Assembly: GCF_009914755.1 (NCBI RefSeq)
Contig: NC_060936.1
DNA from: the human T2T-CHM13v2.0 reference genome, Homo sapiens
DNA length: 64,000 bases
Strand: one strand, 5' to 3'
Below, piece after piece: positions 31,992 to 46,196 of this stretch. Positions within the stretch are counted from its first letter, which is position 1. Every line of letters starts with the position of its first letter. The translations under genes were made by a program, and so were the position numbers. The notes under the pieces are model-generated. The model did not search any database. It saw nothing but the letters and a program-made list of their open reading frames with translations, and was not told the DNA's origin.

Positions 31992-32391
31992 TAAAAAAAA
32001 TAAATAAATAAACTAGAGATGAGATTTCACTATATTTCCCAGGCTGTTCACAAACTCCTGAGCTCAAGCTATCTTCCCACCTTGGCCTTCCAAAGTGTTG
32101 GGAGTACAGGTGTGAGCAACTACACCTGGGTGATTTTTCTTTTTATTGAGATGAAATTCACATAAAATTAACCAGGTTAAGTGAATAATTCACTGACAGT
32201 ACACTCACAAGGTTGTGCAACCACCACTTCTATCTGGTTCCAAAACATTTTAATCACCCCAGAAAGAAACCTTGCACCCAGCCGCAATCATTCTCCACTT
32301 CTCCCTTCCCCAGCAACACTGGGTCCCTGCCCAGGGCAACCACGAAACTTTCTGTCTCCATGGGTTTGCCTATTCTGGACTTTTCATATAA

Positions 32392-33105
<714 letters not shown>

Positions 33106-33803
33106 TGAGAAGTAAGTGTCAACCCTGCTCAGACTCCCTGGGAAGGAGGGTCTTGCTGTCCCGTTCCCCCGCCCTCTGTGTCCCGGCCTGTCCCAGGCCC
33201 TGCACTGTCTCCTTCTTCTTCCCATCTTGCCTGCTTGCTTTTAAACTTAAGCATGGGTTATTTTCCCCTTTGTTATTACTCTGCCTCAGAAACCCCAGCA
33301 GGGAAGTCTTGGTCGCACAGGCATTCTCTAGGATTCGTTTCGTGTGTGCTTTTTAACATCAGGGTACCATGGTGTCCGGGCCTCGGGTAGGATTTTTGCT
33401 GCCCCTTCACGAGTGTCTGGCTCTGTGTCCAGTAAGCTTTAGGAAAAACCGCTGCCGCCACTGCCTCCTCCCAAGCTGCACCCACCCCCCCGCCCCATCC
33501 AGCCTGCACCTTCCTTCTGCTAAAGAAAACTTGGGGTGGAGCAGCAGGAAGACAGGCATGAGAAATCACCCGAATAACTGGGTTCATTCTACTGGCGATT
33601 CCTTGATGGAATGGTGTGCGGCCATCTTGTAAGCTGTGATATTTAAAGAACCTTTAAAGACATGAAGAATTCCTCCGAAATACCACATGACCCCCATTTG
33701 GGAAGAGGAGAAAATTTGTACGCATGGAGGGAGGGGAAACTGGAAAGACGGGAATTAATCCTCTAAAACATTAGTGGGGTGGTCCCTGGGTGGTGACAGG
33801 TGA

Positions 33804-34089
<286 letters not shown>

Positions 34090-34483
34090 TAGCCAGGATG
34101 GTCTCGATCTCCTGACCTCGTGATCCGCCAGCCTCGGCCTCCCAAAGTGCTGGGATTACAGGCCTGAGCCACCGTGCCCGGCCAAATACCCATATTATTA
34201 AGAAAAATGTTTACAAAAGGTTAGGACGAAGCCACCTTGGCTGCGGGAGAGAGGAATTGACAGCCATGATTGTTGGTGCGCACTGCGGCCGCCAGGGGGT
34301 GCTGGGTGCACGCAGCACAGAGACTGCAGCCTCCTCCAGTCGCCTCCCAGGGCCCTCAGCAGCTAAGTGTGCAGGAGAGGGTTGCAGACGCCAGGGTCCG
34401 TGTGTGACCTGGCTGCTGGAAACAGCGCCACTGAAAAATCAACAGGAGACTCCCCAGCCCTCCAGCCCCCCAGCTCATTGTAG

Positions 34484-34792
<309 letters not shown>

Positions 34793-35385
34793 TGAAAGGT
34801 GTTTCGTCATTGTGTTTTGTTGTTTTGTCGTTGGACCATTGGAACTGTCATTTGTCCATTGGGCTATGCCCATGAACACAGTCCTGGGCTCTGCCTTGGG
34901 CTCTGGGGCCGAGGGATAATGAGACTTGTGGCCTCTGCCCTCAAGGAGCCTCTGGGTCGGAGGAGGATGAAGGGACCTTGAACCCAGCCTCGGCTGCTAC
35001 GTTTTGTCTGTTCAGGTTCACACAGGCATTGCCTCATCTCAGTGATCCCCAGATCGGTGACCTTTAGAGCTGGGAAGACAAGACTTCAGAAACCTAAGTG
35101 GTGGGGCCTCCGACGGAGCGGTGCTGCTGGCCCCACTTGCACTGCATGGGCCCCTCTCCAGGGCATCACTCTGTGTTGGAATCTGGTCTGAATGAGTCAG
35201 CACAGGTGCAGTGGGGCCCGGTGGTTAGGAGCAAACCTCCCAGAGTCGGGCCCAAGTTTGAATCCCAGCTCCCACAATGGGATCACGGAACTGTCTTAGG
35301 GCCACCGTGAGGATTCGATGGGAGAACTTGGGTAAAACACTTAGCATGGAGCGGACACAAGATGCAGAGGTGTCATTGGCCATGA

Positions 35386-35694
<309 letters not shown>

Positions 35695-38082
35695 TGAGCC
35701 ACTGCGCCTGGCAACTTCAAAATCTTTAAACCCTTTGATTGGCAGGTCCCTTTCCAGAACCTCACCCCATGGAACCCCCTCCACATGCCCTAGCTCTAAG
35801 GGGCTGCTTAGGGAAATCTGGGGTCTTGTCTGAGACAGACTAGGGCGCAGCCATCTAGAAGAGCATGGTTGTGCCTTCCAGGTTCTGATAAACATTCTTG
35901 CAGCGTGCAGTGAGAAAAGCAAGCTGCAGATCCGCAGGCGTAGCATGAGCCCATCTGGTTAAAAACAGTAGAAACCAAAGCCTGGTGATTTATATTAAGA
36001 CCAAAGTTGTCGGCTGGGATCTCTGGGCCTCTTGATCTCAGAGAAGAAAAGCTCAGCTTGAAACTTTGATCCATACCCTGAGAGTATCCAATGCTCCCCC
36101 GCAGTACCTGGAAATGCCAGGAGTCCCCCATTCTCACATCGCCCCCACTACCCCACACTCTTGCTTCCAGGAGACCCAGACCTAAAATTGGGCCTCTTCC
36201 ACCATTTTCACAGGCACACCGACACACATATTGTCCACAGAGCTAGGTGTGTGAGTGACATGGAGGATGTACTCCAGTAAAGCAGACAGCCTGACATTTC
36301 AAGCAATACGTTTTTGGCCGGGTGCAGTGGCTCACATTTGTAAGCCCAGCACTTTGGGAGGCTGAGGCAGGTGGATCACTTGAGGCCAGGAGTTCGAGAC
36401 CAGCCTGGGCAACATAGCAAGACCCCGTCTCTCCAACAAAAAGAAAAAGAAAATTAGCCAGGCATGGTGGTGCGCTCCTATAGTCCCAGCTACTCTGGAG
36501 GCTGAGGCGGGAGGATTGCTTGAGCCTGAGAGTTCAAGGCTGCAGTGGGCTATGATCCTACCATTGCCCTCCAGCCTGGGTGACAGAGCAAGACCCTGTC
36601 TCAAAAAAATAAATACAGAAAAAAGGAGAGAAAGGACAGAAAGGTAGCCTTCCTGACTCCCTGCGATCCCTGCTCCCAGGGTCCCCCAGAAGGGGCTCAT
36701 GTCACTGTCTCTGCAAGTCCATCGCATGTCCTACTCGAGGCCTCTCCTCTGCAACATTTATCTCTGAGAACCCACCATGGACCAGGGGCTATACCTAATC
36801 CCTGCCTGCCACAGTGGGGCTGACAATGGGCTCAGGATAAGCAGACACAAGTAGGTCACAGAGTCCCACTAAGTGCCGTGAGAGAGTGAAACAGGGTGAC
36901 GTGAAGAAGCAGAACAGGCCATGGGTAGAGGGTGCTGTGGCTGGCGTCAGCAGGGAGGGGCTGGCTGTGAGCCGGACATGAAGGGGGCCCAGGCTGGGAC
37001 GGTGAGCTCTCCAGGCAGGGGCAGACCAAGGTGCAGAGACCTCAAGACAGGAGCCAGCTTGAAGAACGAAAGAGAGGCCAGGGTGGCCGGGGAGGCCAGA
37101 ACCTGGTGGGTGAGGAAGAGAATGGTCTGATGAGGGAAGAAGTGGGCCAGGCTTGTCACTAGGGCCTTCTTGGTCCTGGTGAGGAACTGGGTTTGTTCAG
37201 AAGTCAGTAGGAAAGTTGTGGAATGCTTTGTATTTGTAAGTTGTGGTTTCTATTGGAGGAAGGTTGCTGGGGCCATCCTGTTGGCCACAAGCAGGCTGCT
37301 CCATCAGCCAGGCCAGAGGCCGGGTTGGAGCGGGGGTGCGGGCGGAGAGGTGGCTTCAGGGGGTGTCCAGGCCTGGGTCTTTCTCCCAGGCTGATGGGGA
37401 GCACCAGTTAGGATGGCTGCGGTCAGGAGTTTGGTCTCAGGTGACAGGTTAGGTTTGAGAGGCCCAAGACAATTGTGTGATGGATGAGTGAGTGTTAAAC
37501 CTTTTCTGGTGTCCTGGGTTTCATGGGAATTCAGTGACAACTACAGACCCTTTCCCCCAGAATAACACACACACATATGTGTATACCCAGCAAATGCTGA
37601 GAGTCCAGCCCAGACCAGGCACTGTGCCCAGCCCTGCAGGAGCAGGAGTCTACATGGCAGAGTGGGTCTGGGCCTCTGGGAGATGGCCTAGAACTTGCAG
37701 AGATTGCCAGGCATCATGGCTCACACCTGTAATCCAAGCAGTTTGGGAGGCTGAGGCAGGAGGATCCCTTGAGCCCGGGAGTTCAAGACCAGCCTGGGCA
37801 GCATAGCAAGACCCCATCTCTACAAAAAACTTAAAAAAAAAAAATCATCCGGGCATGGTGGCACATGCATATAGTCCCAGCTACTCAGGAGGCTGAGGCA
37901 GGGGGATCCTCTGAGACCAGGAAGTCGAGGCTGCAGTGAGCTATGATGACCACTACACCCCAGCCTGAGCAGCAAAGCAAGACTCTGTCTCTAAAAAAAA
38001 TTATAAAAAGAACTTGGAAAAGCTGGTGCGGTGGCTCACGCCTGTAATCCTAGCACTCTGGGAAGGTGAGGCGGGCAGATCA

Positions 38083-38508
<426 letters not shown>

Positions 38509-38888
38509 TCACCCTAGCAATGAATCATAGATGGGAAGATTGATAACAGCAACTTCTGGTCCAGTCTGAATGAGTGGGGAGAGCCTAGGGTCCAAGGCAG
38601 CAGTGTAGGAAATGCTCCCGAGTTACCAGCCATTGGCATGTGATAGGGTCAGGCAGGGGCCAGGGGACACCGCGCTCCATAGCTCCAGGAAGAGTTTGGG
38701 TGTGAGGGTCTCCATAGGTCCTCAAACTCTCTGGAGTCCACGCTTGGGCCTCGGGTCTGGAACTGCTGGTCTGAACCACAAAGCCGCCCCCGCTCGGTTC
38801 CTTCCTTGGCTGACCTTCGGCCTCACGCCTGGCCTAACTTGCTCTCCTGGCCCATTAACCTGTGTTCCCCTTTTCTCCTCTCCCCAAG

Positions 38889-38960
38889 GATCTGGAAGGA
38901 GTGCCACCCTCTAAAAAGATGAAACTGGAGGCCTCTCAACAAAACTCCGAAGAGATGTAG
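38889..38960 (+). CDS. BCL7A: BCL7A exon 6 coding part ([23 protein letters not shown])
   Basis: Long pyrimidine tract plus ccccaag acceptor; 23 codons plus TAG completes a 210-aa protein. Confidence 0.96.
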
Positions 38961-41845
38961 ACGATGCTTTAAAGCCTCCGATCCATGTTCCATGGAAGGT
39001 ACATCAGCAATTAATTCTAGAGCAACTTTGCCCCAGCGATTCCTCTTGGGTGCGAACAGAACTACTAACGTTTCAAGTTTACCAAGTGCAAATCCAAGAA
39101 GACCCAGAACGGCGTCACTTCTCAGACACTGAAGAACTCTGCTGTGAAGCAAAACACTCAAACCTTTAAGGGACTGTCCTTGGGGAGGCAGGCGGGGCTG
39201 ACAGCTCAGGAGTGTCTGCACACTGTCTCGGAAGCCAGGATTCCATTTGTGTTGCTGCTGTATTTTCCCCCCACTTCTCTATGTAACGATATAAGCTATC
39301 GGAGGGTGGTACCGATCAGGAACGCTTTTTGGCGGGGCTTTCCACTGTTCAACCGATTCCTTCCGCTTTCTTTTTTTGTGCCTTGTGCCCTTGAGGTGAC
39401 CTCTGGCATGTATCCTGGTGGTTCTTACATCCCCCTCTGCAAAGTGCCCTCTTGGTTTGGTTCGGGCGGCGGCTGCCACCCTACTCACCGCTCTCCTCCC
39501 TGCCCCAGGACTTCATCGGAGCAGGCAGGGTGGAGCGAAGGAGCTCCTTAGCCCACCTGGTTTGCAGGTGCAGGGGGACCTTAGGCACGCCCCAAGCACC
39601 AGGCACCAGGGCCCAAGGACGCGCAGGTGTTGGGGCACAGTCCCCAAGGGCTCGGCCCCTTGGATCAGGCTGGGCACTCGCTGTGCTCTCCCCTCCTTGG
39701 GGCGTTTAGGACTGGGCGTCTCCAAGCCCACCATGGCCCAGATGGACGTGCAAAGCCCTTGGAATTTTCTGGCACTTCCTCTCTATTGCCCCCACCACCA
39801 CCACCCCCATCACTGCTTTCTCCCAGACCTCCGAATACGAAATGGCTTCTCTGGCTGACTGCAAGGCTGTCTCCTTAAGGCACTGAGTGGGCCGGGGAGG
39901 CTGGGAGCCGGCGGCAGGATTAGCTGGTGCTGAACTTTCTCTCATAGGACGTCGCTTGGATTTCAAATCCACGGTCACCTGCTGCCCTTTGCCTCCCCCG
40001 ACGCCCCAGCCTGTGCCCCGGAGAGGCAGGATCGCAGTGGTCAGAATCCACGTGCTTTCCTATTCTCAGGCTGTTCTGACTCTGAGCCAACAGCTGGACC
40101 GTGTCTCATCCCCAGAACATGCCGTCTGTCCCCACCGGGGAGTGGGCCTTGATGGCCGGGCCTCGAAGGCCACAAACAAGGCGTCGAGGAATTGGAAAGA
40201 TTTGCACACCCTCCAGAAAGGAGAGACGCAATCTCCCCTCCCTCCCATCCCCCACCTTCGCTGGAACAGCTTCCTCTCACTGAACGGAGACGCCCCCTTG
40301 GACGAACTGCCTAATCGTTTGGTTCTGAGGCCTGGTTTGCTCTTAATTAATATATGAACTCCTCAGACCTTAAACCTTTTCCTAAGCTTTCTTTACTGCA
40401 CTGGAGTTCTGACTCCCTTTGAGTTGTGTGTTACTGGGGGTGGGGTGGGGTCATGGGTTTTGTTGTTTTTGGGGGCTAATTGGTGCATATTCAGGTACCA
40501 CCTTTGACGTGTGGCTCTTTCTCCTGACCATCATGGGAAGTGTCTGCTGGATTCCATTTTCTAAGAGTTTCTGAGGGTGAGGCTCTTATTTTTTTTTTTA
40601 AGGGATCCTGTCTATTTCCTGCACTTCGAGAAGAATCAAAATGTTCCTGAATTTCAAATACCTCATGCAAAATGTCTCCTGAAATAAGGGAAAAAAAAAA
40701 AACCACAACTTTGAAAATCTTAATGTTGAAGTTAGCAATGCCGAAAGGTTTCTGTCTTAAAAAAAAAAATCCTTGTACTTATCAATTTTGCCCCTTAGGC
40801 AGTCAGTTTTGTTGAGAACTGTGTCCTGCATCCTGGCGCAGAACCTACCTGATGCGGTTCCTCTCCACGCATCTCGAGGCGGCGTTACCTCCAGATTCCG
40901 TAGAGTTAGAGTCACATTTTTCTTTGCAGCGAAACTCCATCTTGGTGAGAGATGAATTTGGATATTTATTTCCTTCTCTGTTTTTGGGAAACGAGAGGCT
41001 ACAACCAAGACAGCTGAAGGAGAATGAAACACACACATCCACAGAAACAGAGAGGCGTAGGTGGCCCTGCCGTTGACCGCAGCCTCTCTGGACAGGCAAG
41101 GGGAGTTGGCGCAGGTGAGGACTCAGACGACGTCCACCGTCCCAAGGCTGTCACTAGTATTTCTCTGAAGTGCCTGAAGGTAGGAATGGGCCGGCGATTG
41201 GGACCAGCTGGGCCCCACCACGGCCACGCCAGGCAAAGCGCCAGCAGCCCTGCACTCCACGCTGGCCAAGAAGGCCTTCCACGCAGAATGACAAGACTGC
41301 AAAAATCCGATGTGCTTCCTTCCCTGGCGCAGTCGCTCCTCGAGCCGCTGCCCCCCACCCACCCTGCACCCCTCGCCCTCCCCCCACCACAGAATCTAAG
41401 ACCTTTCAGCTTCGAGCCAGGGGGCGGGGGATCCCGAGCAAAAGCCTTCCGTGGACATCAGGCCCCGTGGCCTCAAGGGCTCCCAGGGCAAACCTAATTC
41501 CCCCCAAAACGTGAAGTCGGGGAAGCTGCGGCTACACATTCCACAAAGTGCTGGCACTTACACCCACAACCCGGAAGGCTGTGGACCGATTCCTCTAGGG
41601 TGGTGACCTCCCATTAGCAAACGGTGTCATGGTTTGGAATGTTCATTATCGCCAAGAACCTGGTTAGAGGCATAAAGACCTTTTTTCACCGTTACCTAAT
41701 TTTTTCCCCTTTCAAGAATTTTTTTTTTTTTTGGTGTGTTGTACAGCAGTATAATTTTTCACTTATTTATTCCATCAGTAGATATGGTTTGTACAATGTA
41801 CAATTGTTTCATTTCAGAAAATAAAAATTTCAAATCATGAATACC
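38961..41845 (+). other. BCL7A: BCL7A 3'UTR (~2.9 kb, free of Alus)
   Basis: Unique sequence from the stop codon to the poly(A) signal; the lack of Alus contrasts with the flanking introns. The 3' end is approximate. Confidence 0.85.
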
Positions 41846-41860
41846 TTGTGGTTTTGTCTC
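41820..41860 (+). terminator. BCL7A polyadenylation signal (AATAAA 41820..41825) with downstream GU/U-rich element
   Basis: AATAAA preceded by TGTA (CFIm-type) motifs and U-rich sequence, followed by ccttgtggttttgtctc. Confidence 0.85.
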
Positions 41861-42181
41861 ATTTTAAGTAAGGTCAGATCGATGGTGACGGTGTCCCTCT
41901 CCAGCTGCTCCGGCCTCTCTTGCTTGGCCGTGTGGCCCTGATTCTACAAGACACACAAGTTCCTTGCACACAGGAGCTGTTGCCTTCCATAGTCATAAGA
42001 GCTGCCATTATTAAGCACCAGCTGGATGCCAGGCAAGCCACTAGTTGCTCCTTTCTGTGGGCAGGTATTGTTGGCCACCTTGTGCAGGTGAGAAAACAGC
42101 AGGACAGTCCCCTGCAGGGCTCTCATGCCGGGTCAGGCCCCCAGGTTGAAAGCCACACCTGAGGCCAGGCGTGGTGGCTCA

Positions 42182-42472
<291 letters not shown>

Positions 42473-43929
42473 CTACCCCGAGACCTGGGTTCCAGCAGGG
42501 ACATGTTTTCAGCTTCCCTGTCTCTGAGGGGACTCTGGATTGTGGTAGGGACTCAGGGGCGTTAGTGCATGGGTGGACTGCAACCTCGGCTTGACTTGTC
42601 CTAACAGCCTCTAGTGACTTACATGGTTGGGCTGGAAACAGACCTTTCCCAGGGCTGTGACCCTTTCAGCCCAGACTCCTTCCCCCACGCTGACTTCCCC
42701 ACCTCTGTCCAGCGTCACCTGGCCCTTGGGTCAGCCCCTAAAGAGAGCTGGCAGGGGTGGGGGTGTTGTGTCAGCGGGTCTAGGCCAAGCTGCACTGCGT
42801 GGACCGGCTGCAGGCAGATGCTCTCTCCTGTTTGTTCTGTCTGACTCTCCTTCCTACCCGTTCCTTTTTAACATGTTCCAGTGTTTTTACCAGAATTGGC
42901 TGCTCAGCTAAATAAACTCCTGATATGGAAAGTTCAGCCTGACAAAACACAAATCATAGAGGCCTTGTTTGCTTAAGGAAAAAAAATGCCTGAGCTGGCA
43001 CACGTTCCCGCGCTTCCTTTCTGCCCTCCCTGCGTGTCTGTTCCCAGCTCTCACTCTCTGGATCGGTCCCTCCCTCCTCTCTCTAAGGCTTCTGCCCTTT
43101 CCCCCTGCCTCCCTTGTCTCCACCCGCCTAGATCACTGTCTCACAGTCATTCTGTGGAACTTCCTCTGTGTCTCTCACTGGAGCCGCCTAACTTCCTCTC
43201 CCACCTCCCTTCATCAAGGAGCAGTCTCATGCCCAGGAGCTAGAAATGTAGGCTTTGCCGGCATTGGTTGAGCTGTGCTGGGCCCTAGGCAGCGATGACT
43301 CAAACTTGACCCTTAACCCCCAGGCAGGTAAGTGAGCCGCAGTGCTTTACGATGCCGACCACAGTTTGGAATTAGGGGATACAGACATTCTGATGGCAAG
43401 GGTCAGGGAATCTCCTAGGACACTGGAGGAATACCAGGCCTGGGGCTAAGCAGCTCGTTTTTCCTTTTTGACACAAAGGAGGGGCTGGAGGCTTCTGAGC
43501 CAAGGCTCTGCTGGACTAGGGATGGTGTTGCCAATGAATAGCATGGATTGGAAAAGACCAGACTGGAAGTGGGAGCCGGGCAACTAGGGAACTGGAACAA
43601 TAGGCCAAGCGGGGGGCCAGCGGTTGGCAACAGGGCCCATGTGGCCCCAGGCAATGTGAAGGCGGTCAGTAGGCAGGGAGGTGGGGTGGGAAAGGGATCA
43701 GCTGGGGGAGGTAGGCAGAAAAGGCTCAGGTCCAAGTTCCAGGCCATGCTAAGGCAACAAGTGTCACAGAGGTCCGTGGTGGGGCCGAGGATGGACTGCA
43801 GACCCTAAAGGCCAAGTCCAACTTCCCTCTATCGCTCCTCTGGGTGAAGAATGCATGTTTCCTCCAGAGTCTCAGATTAGATAGACATCCTTTGACCTTG
43901 TCTATCCAGTTCTGTTTCCCTCTTCTTCC

Positions 43930-44375
43930 CATAGGGGTCTCCCTCCCTCCCCGTCCTTAAGTGGGGCGGGCACTTAGCCCAGGGTGGTGATATGACCCAG
44001 TCCTATCCAATCACCATGGTCCCGCCTCCTGGCTACCACAATTGGCTCAGGGATGAGCACGTGGCCCATAGCAGCCCAGTGAGAGTCAGCCCTGGGTGGG
44101 AACTGGTGGGAAAGAATTCTGCTGGAGCATCTGGAGTTGCTCAAATGGAGTGGCTGTGGCCATCTTTCCTTACACGTGGGGAGGAATCAGCCTGAGAATG
44201 AAACCATCACAGGAAAGGGCTGAAAGACGGTGAGTGTGTGCTTTCTAAGGGCAGCATTTGGGCCTTGGCCCCAGCCGGCCCTGAAGCCAGCACAACCCCC
44301 GGAACGTCTCAATTTGTGAGCCAATAAATGCCCTTGATGGTTTAGGCAAGTTTTCACTGGGTCTTACCCGACGTG
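43930..44375 (+). mobile_element. Ancient ERVL-type solo LTR (LTR16/LTR33-like)
   Basis: attggctcagggatgagcacgtggccca...gagagtcagccctggg core and gagccaataaatgccctt...tttaggcaagttt 3' end; family called from memory. Confidence 0.55.
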
Positions 44376-44449
44376 AGCCCCCACTCCTCCATATGGACCT
44401 GTTTTGGACCAATGAGGCATCCTCTTCTGTAGTCCTCAACACGCGGAGC

Positions 44450-44640
44450 TCCACCACTCCTGAGCAGTGTGACCTCAGGCAAGTATCTTAACCTCTCTGG
44501 GTCCCTGTTTCCTCATCTGTATAATGAGGACAATAATAATGCCTACCAGGGTTGTTGTGAGGATTAAATGAATACGTGTAAAGCGCTCAAGGCAGGCCCA
44601 GGCACACAGTGAATCTCAAATGTTAACTGCTATTTTATAG
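44450..44640. mobile_element. MIR SINE
   Basis: gtgtgacctcaggcaagtatcttaacctctctgggtccctgtttcctcatctgtataatgagg...gggttgttgtgaggattaaatga. Confidence 0.8.
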
Positions 44641-45413
44641 TTATTATCCTCGCGCACCTCTAGCTTTAGAAGACCAGTTCCGAGAGCAGGAGGCACAGGG
44701 AAGGGAAGAATGGCCCTCCCCTGGTTGCCTTGGGTTTGCCCTCAGTTACACTTTGCTCTCTGAAGACCCACCTCTTCCCCAAGTGATTGACACTGGAGTC
44801 ATCCGCACAGCATGCTCCAGATGCGGCACAGCCTGAGTCAGGCCTTGTGGGATGCGCCCACCCGGGAACAGGAAGGAGAGACGTGCCTGACTGAGCAGAG
44901 GGCTGGAGGTCAGACAACACGTCCCTGCCCTGGGCACTGGCTGCTCAGTCATTAAAACAGACCCAAATAGCTTCTGGCCAGGGGCTCAAAGGAACAGCCT
45001 GTTAGAGACTCAGTTTTCCAGTCTCTCTTCACTGTTGTTCTCTCTCCACAGGTGGGGTTGGGGAGAGGCCTCGGGATGGCAAGGACCAGGGTCTGCGGCC
45101 AAGCCTGTGGGTCCTGTCTCCCTCTAGGATGCCCCTGGGACACTGGTACCCATGGATGCACTGGGTGACTTGAGGTCAATGGCTTTCTCTCTCCAGACCT
45201 AGGCAGAAAAAGCAATCTGCTTTGCATCAGAGAACCTCAAGAGGCTCTTAATCCTGCTCTTTTCTCCCTCTGGGCTCCCTCCGTGATGAGCTCATCTGAC
45301 CTCCTGGCAACCCCGAAGGGTGGTTTAGAGCAGGGAATCAGCCTCCCGATTTACAGAAAGGATAACTCAGGCCAGGGAAGCGACTTGGACAGGGTCCTGC
45401 AGGGACTCAGTGA

Positions 45414-45707
<294 letters not shown>

Positions 45708-45902
45708 TGAACTCCTGACCTCAGGTGATCTGCCCGCCTTGGCCTCCCAAAGTGCCGGGATTACAGGCCTGAGCCACTATGCCCAGCCCACCTGATTTTT
45801 TTAAAATAAAGTTTTATTGGAACAAGCCATGCTTATTCATTTACATATTGTTCCTGGCTGCTTTCACCATGCAACAACAGAGTTGAATACAGATGCTCTT
45901 CA

Positions 45903-46196
<294 letters not shown>

